Shown here piece after piece: positions 15,767 through 25,035 of a stretch of 64,000 bases of DNA. Numbering within the stretch: position 1 is the stretch's first letter; each line of letters begins with the position of its first letter. The position numbers were made by a program, and so were the translations under genes. The stretch lies in assembly GCA_040377305.1 (NCBI GenBank), contig JBEIPA010000014.1, positions 77,780 to 141,779 of the forward strand, written 5' to 3'. The notes under the pieces are model-generated. The model saw only the letters and a program-made list of their open reading frames with translations. It did no database searches and was not told where the DNA came from. The stretch is from Flavobacteriales bacterium. GTDB lineage: Bacteria; Bacteroidota; Bacteroidia; Palsa-965.

Positions 15767-16795
15767 ATGCCGATAAACAAACTCGCACTCATCCGCTACA
15801 AGACAATTGATAACTGTCTGCAGAACCGTTTCCGCAAATGGACACTTGACGATCTAGTGGATGCATGCTCGCGTACACTGGAAGAGTTCGAAGGAATTAC
15901 ACAAGGAGTAAGCAAGCGTACTGTTCAGCTCGATATTCAGACGATGCGCAGTGAAAAGCTAGGATACAATGCTCCTATTGTGGTCAGCGACAAGAAGTAT
16001 TATTCGTACGAAGACAAGAATTACAGCATCACGAATATTCCGTTGACGAGTCAGGATTTAGGAACGCTCACGGAAGTTGTAGATATTCTACGCCAGTTTA
16101 AAGGGTTCGGTTACTTCGAAGAGCTCAGCACAATGGTGAACAAGCTCGAGGACAAAGTGCAGTCTCAGAAGAACAAAGGTCGCTCGTATATACACTTTGA
16201 GAAAAATGATTTGCTAAAAGGTCTCGAGTACATCGAATCATTGCACAAGGCGATCATTCGTCAGAAAACGATTGACGTATTATATCAGTCGTTCAAAGCA
16301 CGTGAAGCGACAAGCATCATTTTTCATCCTTATCTGCTCAAGGAATACCGCAACCGCTGGTTTGTGATCGGCTCAACGCAAAAGAAAACAATTCTTACTC
16401 TGGCACTGGATAGAATTTTTTCTGTGAAAGAAGTCGGTGGAGAGAAATACATCAAGAATACCTTCTTTGATGTTGACTCGTACTTTGATGATACGATTGG
16501 CGTTACGAAGAATCTCGGGATTCGACCACAATTGGTCGTGATGAAAATTGATCGTACGAATGCGCCATACGTAATCACAAAACCGATTCACCACACGCAG
16601 AAGATTCTGAAGACAGAACCCGACGGAATGATTTTCAGTATTAACGTGACGTGGAATTTTGAGTTGGAAAGAGAAATCCTTGGGTTTGGTGAACAGATAA
16701 AGGTGTTATCGCCAAAGAGATTGCAGAATAAGATTAGCTGGAGGGTGAAGAGGATGGTGGAGAGGTATGAGGAACTTCAACCAAATGAACGATGA
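15767..16795 (+). CDS. WYL-domain transcriptional regulator (wHTH-WYL-WCX)
   Basis: VSKRTVQLDIQTMR HTH; HPYLLKEYRNRWFVIG, LALDRI, ILGFGEQIKVLSP. Confidence 0.92.
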   Translation: MPINKLALIRYKTIDNCLQNRFRKWTLDDLVDACSRTLEEFEGITQGVSKRTVQLDIQTMRSEKLGYNAPIVVSDKKYYSYEDKNYSITNIPLTSQDLGTLTEVVDILRQFKGFGYFEELSTMVNKLEDKVQSQKNKGRSYIHFEKNDLLKGLEYIESLHKAIIRQKTIDVLYQSFKAREATSIIFHPYLLKEYRNRWFVIGSTQKKTILTLALDRIFSVKEVGGEKYIKNTFFDVDSYFDDTIGVTKNLGIRPQLVVMKIDRTNAPYVITKPIHHTQKILKTEPDGMIFSINVTWNFELEREILGFGEQIKVLSPKRLQNKISWRVKRMVERYEELQPNER

Positions 16796-17880
16796 GCGGC
16801 AAAGTAAATTCATTTCACGAAGCAGTTCGAACGAGACCTGGCATGTATATTGGCAGATTGGGTCCCGCTGGTTTCGGTTATCTTGTCAGCGAACTGATTA
16901 GAGATTTTGCTGCTGACCTGCAAGCAAAAGAAGCGCATGTGAGGATCGACATAAAAGGGAAGGTCACAATTAAATTTCCCGAAATAAATTGCACTCAGGC
17001 TGACCTTTATACTTTAATAAAAAATGGTCGGATGAGTCGCAGTTCTTCATTTTGGAGGACATCACTTGCCATTATCCCGCCGTTATCAAAAGCGACCACG
17101 CTCAAAATCGGAAGCACTAAGTATACTGTCAGCCGCAACGCTAAACTTAATCCTCACTTCGAGTCCGATACCGCTAAAGCTATTTCACGATTTGAAATAA
17201 CCTTTCAACCGGATGCAGGTATTCTCAAAGCCAAAGCGCCTGAAATACTTACTTTATGTGCTCGCTTGCATGAGCTCACGGTGGTTTGTCCCGGATTAAA
17301 AATCACTTACCGTGATGACAATACAAAACCATTTACGCAAATGGTCTGGCATACTCCTGAAGGAATACGCACACTATTGGCGCCGGCACGAAATATGTTT
17401 TATGAAAAGAAATTAGAAGGAGGTTTTTCCTTTAACGAAAAAGGACTACGCGGTGAGGTGTACTGGTTATGTGCAAACGGGGGATGTGATCCTATCTATT
17501 CATTTGCTAACGGTGAACGTACTGTGAAAGGCGGATCGCATGTGAAAGGATGCGTACAAGGTATACTGGACGCGTTGAAGGATTTAGTCAAAGGAAATGG
17601 CGAGAAATATGACTTCAGTGTGTCTCGTGCAATCCGACATCAATGTCTCGTAGTTTCCGTTTGGGGAAACGGCCTAAGCTATGCGGGCAGTACAAAAGAA
17701 TGTCTGGAACATAAACCTACAAACCAAATTCTCCGCAAACTTGTTGGTGCGCACATGGAGCAGCTGTGTGCGTCGAATCCAAAGGATGCTATACAACTTA
17801 CGTATCGGTTGCAGAAATGGAATCTTGCGGAGATGTATCCTGAATTGTATTCCGGAAAATCAAGGAAAAAGAAGAAGTAA
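16792..17880 (+). CDS. Stand-alone degenerate GyrB/ParE N-terminal (GHKL plus transducer)-like protein
   Basis: AVRTRPGMYIG, SFANGERTVKGGSH, YAGSTKECL; no TOPRIM domain. Confidence 0.7.
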   Translation: MSGKVNSFHEAVRTRPGMYIGRLGPAGFGYLVSELIRDFAADLQAKEAHVRIDIKGKVTIKFPEINCTQADLYTLIKNGRMSRSSSFWRTSLAIIPPLSKATTLKIGSTKYTVSRNAKLNPHFESDTAKAISRFEITFQPDAGILKAKAPEILTLCARLHELTVVCPGLKITYRDDNTKPFTQMVWHTPEGIRTLLAPARNMFYEKKLEGGFSFNEKGLRGEVYWLCANGGCDPIYSFANGERTVKGGSHVKGCVQGILDALKDLVKGNGEKYDFSVSRAIRHQCLVVSVWGNGLSYAGSTKECLEHKPTNQILRKLVGAHMEQLCASNPKDAIQLTYRLQKWNLAEMYPELYSGKSRKKKK

Positions 17881-17881
17881 G

Positions 17882-18514
17882 ATGAAAATCATAGCCATTT
17901 CAGATACACACGGTCAGCATGGGAAGGTTGTGCTACCGGAAGGTGATGCGATTATTCACGCTGGTGATGTTTCCGTACGTGGAACTGAATCGCAGATCGT
18001 CGATTTCATCAACTGGTTTTCGGGACTGAACTATCGGTACAAGATTTTCATTGCGGGCAATCATGACTTCTTCTTCGAAAGAGAGTCACAGGAGAAAATC
18101 AAATCTCTGATTCCCGAGAACGTTATATACCTGAACGATTCCGGTATTGAACTAGAAGGAATCAAAATCTGGGGCTCGCCGATTCAACCCTGGTTTCAGG
18201 ACTGGGCGTTTAATCGGCAGAGAGGAATTGATATTCGTAAACACTGGGACATGATTCCGGGTGACACGGATATACTCATCACTCACGGGCCAGCGAAAGG
18301 AATTCTCGATCGCTTGGTTTACGGAGAAGAAGTTGGTTGTGTTGATCTTCTTGACGCGGTTAACAGAATCAATCCCGCCTTTCATGTCTTCGGCCACATT
18401 CATGAAGGATACGGAGAGCATCAAGAAGGGAAAACTAAATTCATTAACGCTGCCGTTCTCAATGAAGATTATTTCCTCGCGAATTCACCAATAGCATTTG
18501 AGTTCCTAAAATAA
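17882..18514 (+). CDS. Metallophosphoesterase (MPPED/calcineurin-like)
   Basis: SDTH, HAGD, AGNHD, THGP, FGHIHE motifs. Confidence 0.92.
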   Translation: MKIIAISDTHGQHGKVVLPEGDAIIHAGDVSVRGTESQIVDFINWFSGLNYRYKIFIAGNHDFFFERESQEKIKSLIPENVIYLNDSGIELEGIKIWGSPIQPWFQDWAFNRQRGIDIRKHWDMIPGDTDILITHGPAKGILDRLVYGEEVGCVDLLDAVNRINPAFHVFGHIHEGYGEHQEGKTKFINAAVLNEDYFLANSPIAFEFLK

Positions 18515-18515
18515 G

Positions 18516-18601
18516 TTGGGTAGGCCGGATTCGAACCGACATGTTTAGCACGTGGCAGCAGATTTACAGTCTGCCCCCTTCACCAGTTTGGATACTACCC
18601 A
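18516..18601 (-). tRNA. tRNA-Tyr(GTA) copy 1
   Basis: GCAGA-CTGTAAA-TCTGC; long variable arm. Confidence 0.88.
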
Positions 18602-18682
18602 GTTTCAGTAAGCAGTTGTGCAGTTGGCGGTATCATAATTTGACTGCTTGCTGCCAGGCTGCACTACTGCCTACTGTTTCAG

Positions 18683-18765
18683 CGGAAGATATAGGAGTCG
18701 AACCCTGTCCTTTCGGACCGCCCCAGATTTCAAGTCTGGTTGACCACCATCGGTCGCTATCTTCC
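18683..18765 (-). tRNA. tRNA-Ser(TGA), imperfect T-stem
   Basis: CCAGA-CTTGAAA-TCTGG; variable arm; G73. Confidence 0.75.
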
Positions 18766-18773
18766 AATAATTG

Positions 18774-18861
18774 CGGAGAACATTGGAATTGAACCAATAG
18801 TTCACTTTCGCGAACGCACATTAGCAGTGTGCTGCAACGAGCCAATAGTTGCCTGCTCTCC
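18774..18861 (-). tRNA. tRNA-Ser(GCT)
   Basis: GCACA-CTGCTAA-TGTGC; long variable arm; G73. Confidence 0.85.
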
Positions 18862-18952
18862 TTACAGTAGGCAGTTGGGCAGTCGTTCAGTAGTCAGTCA
18901 AGTATTTTTTTGACTGCCTACTGCCAAACTGCATTACTGCTTACTGGCAAAG

Positions 18953-19026
18953 TACTCCGAAGCAGATTCGAACTGCTACTTAACGGGGCTTAACGCCGTT
19001 GTCTCTTCCAGTTGGACTACCGGAGT
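18953..19026 (-). tRNA. tRNA-Leu(TAA) lacking long variable arm
   Basis: ACGGC-GTTAAGC-CCCGT; 5-nt variable loop; A73. Confidence 0.75.
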
Positions 19027-19035
19027 AAAAATTAG

Positions 19036-19121
19036 TTGGGTAGACAGGATTCGAACCTGTACGTTTAGCACATGGCAGCAGATTTACAGTCTGCCCCCTT
19101 CACCAGTTTGGATACTACCCA
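19036..19121 (-). tRNA. tRNA-Tyr(GTA) copy 2
   Basis: Near-identical to 18516-18601. Confidence 0.88.
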
Positions 19122-19208
19122 GTTTCAGTAGGCAGTAAGCAGTTGTGCAGTTGGCAGTATCATAATTTGACTGCTTACTGCACACTGCACTGCTGCCTAC
19201 TTCTTTCG

Positions 19209-19281
19209 TAGCGATAAAGAGATTCGAACTCTTACTGAACGGTTTCTAAGACCGTTGCCTCTGCCGTTGGGCTACATCGCT
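19209..19281 (-). tRNA. tRNA-Leu(TAG) lacking long variable arm
   Basis: ACGGT-CTTAGAA-ACCGT; 5-nt variable loop; A73. Confidence 0.82.
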
Positions 19282-19340
19282 ATTTTTTACACAACACTCT
19301 TCCACCTCCACATCGCGAATATTTTTTCGCAACATGAACT

Positions 19341-19375
19341 AAAAACAAAAAGCCTCCTGATGTTTTCAGGAGGCT
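19341..19375 (-). terminator. Attenuator terminator before Leu/Tyr/Ser tRNA cluster
   Basis: AGCCTCCTGA/TCAGGAGGCT stem followed by TTTTTGTTTTT. Confidence 0.88.
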
Positions 19376-19400
19376 CTCGTATACTGTATGATATTACAGA

Positions 19401-19481
19401 TTACACAATACAATCCTCCCTGTCATTCGTGAGTGAATAACTGCTCAATAAGAGGAGAGAATATGTGTTTACTGTTTTCAT
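19401..19481 (-). CDS. Leader peptide MKTVNTYSLLLLSSYSLTNDREDCIV (26 aa)
   Basis: Run of 11 Tyr/Ser/Leu codons; CAGGGAGG complementary to terminator arm CCTCCTG. Confidence 0.8.
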   Translation of the reverse strand: MKTVNTYSLLLLSSYSLTNDREDCIV

Positions 19482-19584
19482 TCTGATGCAAAGGTGAAAC
19501 TTTTTTTCAATCGCTCCGACATGAAGTGGAAAATATTTTTTTGATGCGTGAAAACTAAAACTACATTTGCCGTGAAAGACAACC

Positions 19585-19623
19585 ATGAAGGAAGTCTTCA
19601 ACCATCAACCGCTTCACTCTTGA
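19585..19623 (+). CDS. Putative leader peptide MKEVFNHQPLHS upstream of RNA ligase operon
   Basis: Follows TACATTTG -7 box (19562-19569); followed by CACAGTC/GACTGTG-closed structure. Confidence 0.4.
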   Translation: MKEVFNHQPLHS

Positions 19624-19727
19624 AGTCATGTAATGCCACAGTCATAACCGGTTCGCGCCGGTAATATCATCTGCCTCTTCCTGAGCGCGGACTGTGATTT
19701 TATTATCTTTTCTTAATTCAAATTACC

Positions 19728-20426
19728 ATGGCTATTTCAAGAAAATACGGCCGTACATACCATTATCCATTTTCTCCCGGAACTACAAGCGATGATCGCA
19801 TCAGCCACGACTACTGGAATGATGTGACAAAAATTGCTTCGCTGATTCACACGGAAAAACTGGACGGTGAAAACAATTGCCTTAATCGTTATGGTGTTTT
19901 TGCGCGTTCGCATGCGGCCCCATCGCAATCGCCGTGGACGGCATGGTTGCGTGAACGTTGGGAGTTACTGAAACATGATCTCGGTGATCTGGAAATATTC
20001 GGCGAGAATCTTTACGCAATACATTCAATCGAATACGCGAAGCTGGAAAATCATTATTATGTTTTCGGTGTGCGGCGCGAAGATCATTGGTTGTCGTGGG
20101 AGGAAACTAAGTTCTATGCGAGTATGCTGGACTTTCCGACTGTACCTGAGATTCAACTTATTTCGACACCCATCGACCGGAAAGTATTCGAAGCCGATGT
20201 GCTTTCGATTGTTTCGCAGGAAAGTAAAATGGGAAGCCTCGATGCTTTCACCGGCAAAGTCTGCACGATGGAAGGAATTGTAACCCGCAACACCGGCGAA
20301 TATGCCGTAACTGATTTCGCGCATCATGTTTTCAAATACGTGCGAAAAAGTCACGTGAAAACAGATGCACACTGGACACGTAACTGGAGAAGATCAAAAC
20401 TGATCTGGGAACGAGCCGGCGACTAA
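19728..20426 (+). CDS. ATP-dependent RNA ligase family protein
   Basis: KYGRTYHYPFSPG, TEKLDGEN (KxDG), FGENLYA, EGIV, FKYVR. Confidence 0.88.
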   Translation: MAISRKYGRTYHYPFSPGTTSDDRISHDYWNDVTKIASLIHTEKLDGENNCLNRYGVFARSHAAPSQSPWTAWLRERWELLKHDLGDLEIFGENLYAIHSIEYAKLENHYYVFGVRREDHWLSWEETKFYASMLDFPTVPEIQLISTPIDRKVFEADVLSIVSQESKMGSLDAFTGKVCTMEGIVTRNTGEYAVTDFAHHVFKYVRKSHVKTDAHWTRNWRRSKLIWERAGD

Positions 20427-20444
20427 CTAACAATTTCAAAATGA

Positions 20445-21557
20445 ATGTTTATGTGGACAATTTCGGATATAAAGCAATGGCAAACGCTCTACGACAAGTT
20501 CGACTGGGTGCGCGATATGCGTGGCGTTCCCCAGGATCGCGTGCATCATGCAGAAGGTGATGTGGAAGTACATACGCGCATGGTACTTGATGCGTTGGAA
20601 AATCTTCCAGACTATCAGCAACTGAATGAACAGGACAGAGAAATTCTTTGGGCTTCTGCTTTGCTGCACGATGTAGAAAAACGATCAACTACTATTCACA
20701 ATGAAGACGGACGTATATCTTCTCCCAATCACGCAAAAAAGGGTGCAGCTACAACGCGCAGTTTGTTGTACCGCAACATTCCCGCACCGTTTCATATTCG
20801 CGAAGCTGTGGTGAAGCTCGTGCGTTATCACGGCTTACCGCTGTGGGTATTCCATAAACCTGATCCGGCAAAAGCGCTAATTGCGGCAAGTCTTTCCGTG
20901 AATACGCATCACCTTAGTCTGCTCGCTGAAGCAGATGTGCTTGGAAGAGAATGCGCGGATCGTAATGAACTTCTTTATCGTGTGGAAATGTTTCGGGAAC
21001 TATGCAAAGAACAGCTCGCGTATGGAAAAGCAAAATCCTTTCCATCTGAACTCAGCAAGATGAACTATTTCCGGAAAGAAGACGGTTCGCCGGACTATGA
21101 ACCATTCGACGTTACGCAATGTGAAGTAGTTTTACTTTCAGGTTTGCCGGGATCAGGAAAAGACAATTATCTGCGGAAATATCTGAAAGAGTGGCCGGTG
21201 GTAAGCATCGATGACATTCGAAAGAAAAATAAAATCTCCCCGACGGATAAAAAAGGAAATGGCCAGGCGATACAGATGGCGAAGGAACAGGCGCGAGTAT
21301 ACCTGCGAAGCAAAACTTCATTCGTGTGGAATGCAACGAACATCACGCGATCTATGCGAGGGCAGTTGATTGATCTGTTTCTCACTTACAAAGCGAAAGT
21401 GAAGATCGTGTACGTAGAGGTTCCTTACGCCACATTGCGTAGACAAAACCGCGAACGTGAACACGTGGTTCCGGCAGCTGCATTGGAGAAATTAATCGAT
21501 AAGCTGGAGGTTCCAACGCCGGACGAAGCGCATGAGATCATATATGAAATAAAATAG
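20445..21557 (+). CDS. HD phosphohydrolase fused to P-loop polynucleotide-kinase-like domain
   Basis: HHAEGDV..HT, LLHDVEK, GLPGSGKD, WNATN. Confidence 0.88.
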   Translation: MFMWTISDIKQWQTLYDKFDWVRDMRGVPQDRVHHAEGDVEVHTRMVLDALENLPDYQQLNEQDREILWASALLHDVEKRSTTIHNEDGRISSPNHAKKGAATTRSLLYRNIPAPFHIREAVVKLVRYHGLPLWVFHKPDPAKALIAASLSVNTHHLSLLAEADVLGRECADRNELLYRVEMFRELCKEQLAYGKAKSFPSELSKMNYFRKEDGSPDYEPFDVTQCEVVLLSGLPGSGKDNYLRKYLKEWPVVSIDDIRKKNKISPTDKKGNGQAIQMAKEQARVYLRSKTSFVWNATNITRSMRGQLIDLFLTYKAKVKIVYVEVPYATLRRQNREREHVVPAAALEKLIDKLEVPTPDEAHEIIYEIK

Positions 21558-21652
21558 TGCCCGGACAATCAATTGCAGATGTTCCTTTTTTTAAATATCC
21601 ATTAAACATGACACTTTTTATTGCATCTTAGCTGCTCAACAAATGCATTCTT

Positions 21653-22204
21653 ATGTCCGCTATTTATGATTCCTACGCCATCTTCGGCGAATTTACCGGT
21701 AAAGATCTCGGCACCGAAGAAATGAAAATGGGATTAGCAAACCGCGTCTTCAATCGTACAGAGGCGCTTCACGGTGACGCAATTTCACTCGTCAAAAAAT
21801 CCAATCATGAACGCATCCGTCTGAAACGGGGAGTGTACCGCATTACGGCAACTTCTTTTTTAACCATGCTCACTGCGGGAGTTCCGCCGGTACCTCCGGT
21901 GAAGACAGAATTTCTCTCCGATGTGTACCCCGGCTACTGTATGTTGTATGATGCAAACGATCCTCCTACCGAAGCGGACATGTCTAAGATGCTTTATCCC
22001 GGAACCATGGGAACGGCTTATGATGGCGTTCCAAGTCTTCTCGATTGTGTGCTCAAAGTAAAAGACAAACACATGGACATTTCACTCGGCCACCAGTGCA
22101 GCTACGATGGACCTAAGGGAGATCTCCGGCCAAAAGTTTATCTGCGTATCGGCGGTTCAGACTTCCACGTATGCGCACGCATTTCCATTTTTAAGATCGC
22201 TTAA
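21653..22204 (+). CDS. Hypothetical protein
   Basis: 183-aa ORF with ATG start and A-rich upstream. Confidence 0.65.
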   Translation: MSAIYDSYAIFGEFTGKDLGTEEMKMGLANRVFNRTEALHGDAISLVKKSNHERIRLKRGVYRITATSFLTMLTAGVPPVPPVKTEFLSDVYPGYCMLYDANDPPTEADMSKMLYPGTMGTAYDGVPSLLDCVLKVKDKHMDISLGHQCSYDGPKGDLRPKVYLRIGGSDFHVCARISIFKIA

Positions 22205-22226
22205 AACAACCACAATTCTGAGCTGT

Positions 22227-23000
22227 ATGAAAATATTTCTTGCACCTGTTGCATTGGGTCTGCTGCTGCTCACATGCAGTTCACCGAAAGAAAGTAATCA
22301 CGCCGTTGATTCCGCTGCTGTTGACACAACGAAAAACGACACCCCGTTAGTCAGCGGCAATGGAGCTGCATTTGTCTACGGCATCGACATCTCTTCCTAC
22401 CAGGGCGACGAGATCGATTTTCTTAACAGCAAACAGGATACACTTTCGTTTGTAATCTGCAGAGCAACACTCGGTATTACGGTTACCGACACCGACTTTA
22501 AGAACAACTGGAGCCTCATTCCACAAAAGGGATTTATCCGCGGGGCTTATCACTTTTATGAATGTAACGACGATCCAACCGAACAGGCGCAACATTATCT
22601 CGACATTGTTGGTACTCTTGCTGCCGGAGATCTTCCTCCTATTCTTGATTTTGAACAGGCGGGCCTCGCCGACATTATAGACAAGCAGAAAATTCAGAGT
22701 GACCTACTGACTTTTCTCAGCACAGTGGAAAGCGCAACCGGGAGAACACCTTTGATTTATGTAAGTCCGGACTTTGCGAATGTGTATCTGACTGATCCGG
22801 CATTTGCGAAGTATCCCTTGTACGTTGCCGACTACAACGGACAACAGAAGCCATCCGTTCCGACGGTGTGGAAATCGGAGCAATGGACGCTCTGGCAAAA
22901 AACGGACACCGTTCACGTGAACGGAAATCAAAATGACTACGACATGTTCAATGGTAGCGCAGAAGCCTTACAGGCATTCATTAACGGAACCGGCAAGTAA
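22227..23000 (+). CDS. GH25 muramidase lipoprotein
   Basis: GIDISSYQG, RGAYHF, PPILDFE motifs; lipobox. Confidence 0.88.
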   Translation: MKIFLAPVALGLLLLTCSSPKESNHAVDSAAVDTTKNDTPLVSGNGAAFVYGIDISSYQGDEIDFLNSKQDTLSFVICRATLGITVTDTDFKNNWSLIPQKGFIRGAYHFYECNDDPTEQAQHYLDIVGTLAAGDLPPILDFEQAGLADIIDKQKIQSDLLTFLSTVESATGRTPLIYVSPDFANVYLTDPAFAKYPLYVADYNGQQKPSVPTVWKSEQWTLWQKTDTVHVNGNQNDYDMFNGSAEALQAFINGTGK

Positions 23001-23008
23001 AATTATTG

Positions 23009-23623
23009 TCAGAGCGGCTCGCGTATTATTTTACCCGCATTTCCCCTCTGCAACGAATGGTGCTCCAGCCATTGCGACCTTTGTTGCGCGTTCAATTCAT
23101 CGACATGCATACCGAGCAGTTTATTCTTCAAACGTTCAGTAGCTGCTTTTTTATTCAACATCTGCGAACGTTCCTCTGAAGCCGTAACACTGATTCCGCT
23201 TGGAACATGCGTAGCACGAACTGCTGATTCCGTTTTGTTCACATGCTGTCCACCGGGACCTGATGCGCGCATGGTTTGATACGTAACGTCTTTCTCTTTC
23301 CATTCAGGAAAAACGGATACATCATAAACGTGGATGCCCGCAAACCAATTTTTTCGTTTGTGGTTTTTCCGGAACGGACTCTGCGCAATCCACTGCACGG
23401 TTCCTTCCCACTCTATATAGAACGAAGACACGTTTTCTCCTCTGATCCGGATCAGTGCCGACAACAACGTATCATCCGGCTTCCCGGGAACAAGCTCAAT
23501 GATTTCCACACCGAGCTGTTCCCGTTCTGCCGCTTTCGTAATCTTCTTAAGAAGAAGCGCCACAACTCTTTCGCATTCTGCCGGACCTTTGCCGGAAGTT
23601 ATCTGCATGATTTTTTCTTTCAT
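23009..23623 (-). CDS. prfH: Peptide chain release factor H
   Basis: QITSGKGPAEC, GTVQWIAQSPFR..HKRKNWF, SGPGGQHVNKTESAVR. Confidence 0.95.
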   Translation of the reverse strand: MKEKIMQITSGKGPAECERVVALLLKKITKAAEREQLGVEIIELVPGKPDDTLLSALIRIRGENVSSFYIEWEGTVQWIAQSPFRKNHKRKNWFAGIHVYDVSVFPEWKEKDVTYQTMRASGPGGQHVNKTESAVRATHVPSGISVTASEERSQMLNKKAATERLKNKLLGMHVDELNAQQRSQWLEHHSLQRGNAGKIIREPL

Positions 23624-23628
23624 CGTTT

Positions 23629-25035
23629 CTATTCTTTATTCATGCGTACAATCTTCGGCGTAAACTTTCCGTGAACCTCCACGAGATCCTGCTGTGCCTT
23701 CATCACGTCATCGATGTCTTTGTATGCAAGAGGCGATTCTTCAGAACTTCCTCCGACCATCGTTACATCTGCAGCATTCAGCATTTGTCGTAATCCGGAA
23801 TTCGTAATAGATTCCTTCGCTTTTTTACGCGACATTTTTCTGCCCGCTCCATGCGAAGCAGAGTTTAGTGATTCCGGAACTCCTTTGCCACACACGAGAT
23901 ATCCACCGTGAATCATGTTACCAGGAATAATTCCAAGCTCGCCTTTGTGCGCCGGCGTAGCACCTTTACGATGAACAATCATCTCTGCTCCATCTTCCAT
24001 CGTCTCTTTCCATGCAAAGTTGTGATGATTCTCTACTTTCGCAACTGGTTTAATTCCGAGTGCACGAGAGAGATTGATGTGAATCCTGTCGTGACACGCT
24101 TTCGCGTAATCGCCTGCAAGATTCATACTCAGCCAATATTCCTGTCCTTCCGCGCTGGTGAGATCAAGCCACGCCATGTGTTGTGCATTGCGCGGAAGCT
24201 TGCACACGTCCATCGCAACATCCGTGTAGTGCTTTGCGATTGTTGCACCCAATCCGCGTGAACCGGAATGCGACAAGAGTGCAACATAATTTCCTGCCGC
24301 CATGCCCAGTGTATTTTCCTCATTGAGTTCAATCACACCAAACTCTACGAAGTGATTTCCTCCACCCGATGATCCCAGCTGTCTGACTGCTTTACCATGC
24401 AATTTTTTCAGCAGTTGCGTTTCATTGAACGACGGATCATCAAGCACATCATGATCCTGCGCGAATTCCAGACATCCTTCCATTCCGAAGTGCGTGTAAT
24501 CTTTCAGCGCCATTTTCAATTCGTGCCGGTTATGTTCAAGATACTTTTCCGGCAAATCAAAAATGGAAAGCGCCATGCGACAACCAATGTCAACACCAAC
24601 TCCAAATGGAATTACTGCATTCTCCGCAGCAAGCACACCTCCAATCGGCAAACCGAATCCGCTGTGCGCATCAGGCATCAGCGCTCCTCGTCTGCTTACC
24701 GGTAAGCTCAACGCAATTTCCATTTGCTGAATTGCTGAGTACTCGATGTGTTGACGTCCGTAGATTTTCACCGGAGCCAACTCGCTGAGCAATTCATGCG
24801 TGCGATACTTTTTGTCGGGTAATCTTTCCATGAACGTAGACGCCAGTTTCGACAACACTCCATCGCCCAGAAATTCTTCCGGATTTGCTTTCACCTCACA
24901 GAACAATTTCAGCACCTCTTCCTTTGCAGTGTGCTTGAAATGTTGCGACGCGATGATCACTGCCAGACTTTTCGATGTATTGTGATGAAAGCCCATGCGA
25001 TCGAGATCTTTACTTTTAACTTTATTCTTACTCAT
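23629..25035 (-). CDS. rtcB: RtcB-family ligase coupled to PrfH (second copy)
   Basis: MPDAH, GVDIGC, GNHF, HSGSRG, HRKGATP, SHGAGR; likely start MSKNKV. Confidence 0.93.
   Translation of the reverse strand: MSKNKVKSKDLDRMGFHHNTSKSLAVIIASQHFKHTAKEEVLKLFCEVKANPEEFLGDGVLSKLASTFMERLPDKKYRTHELLSELAPVKIYGRQHIEYSAIQQMEIALSLPVSRRGALMPDAHSGFGLPIGGVLAAENAVIPFGVGVDIGCRMALSIFDLPEKYLEHNRHELKMALKDYTHFGMEGCLEFAQDHDVLDDPSFNETQLLKKLHGKAVRQLGSSGGGNHFVEFGVIELNEENTLGMAAGNYVALLSHSGSRGLGATIAKHYTDVAMDVCKLPRNAQHMAWLDLTSAEGQEYWLSMNLAGDYAKACHDRIHINLSRALGIKPVAKVENHHNFAWKETMEDGAEMIVHRKGATPAHKGELGIIPGNMIHGGYLVCGKGVPESLNSASHGAGRKMSRKKAKESITNSGLRQMLNAADVTMVGGSSEESPLAYKDIDDVMKAQQDLVEVHGKFTPKIVRMNKE

Noticed and set aside
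18683-18765. tRNA-Sec (GGAAGAT...ATCTTCCG ends)
   Set aside because: Anticodon reads TGA (Ser), not TCA; gene is short and no sel genes are nearby
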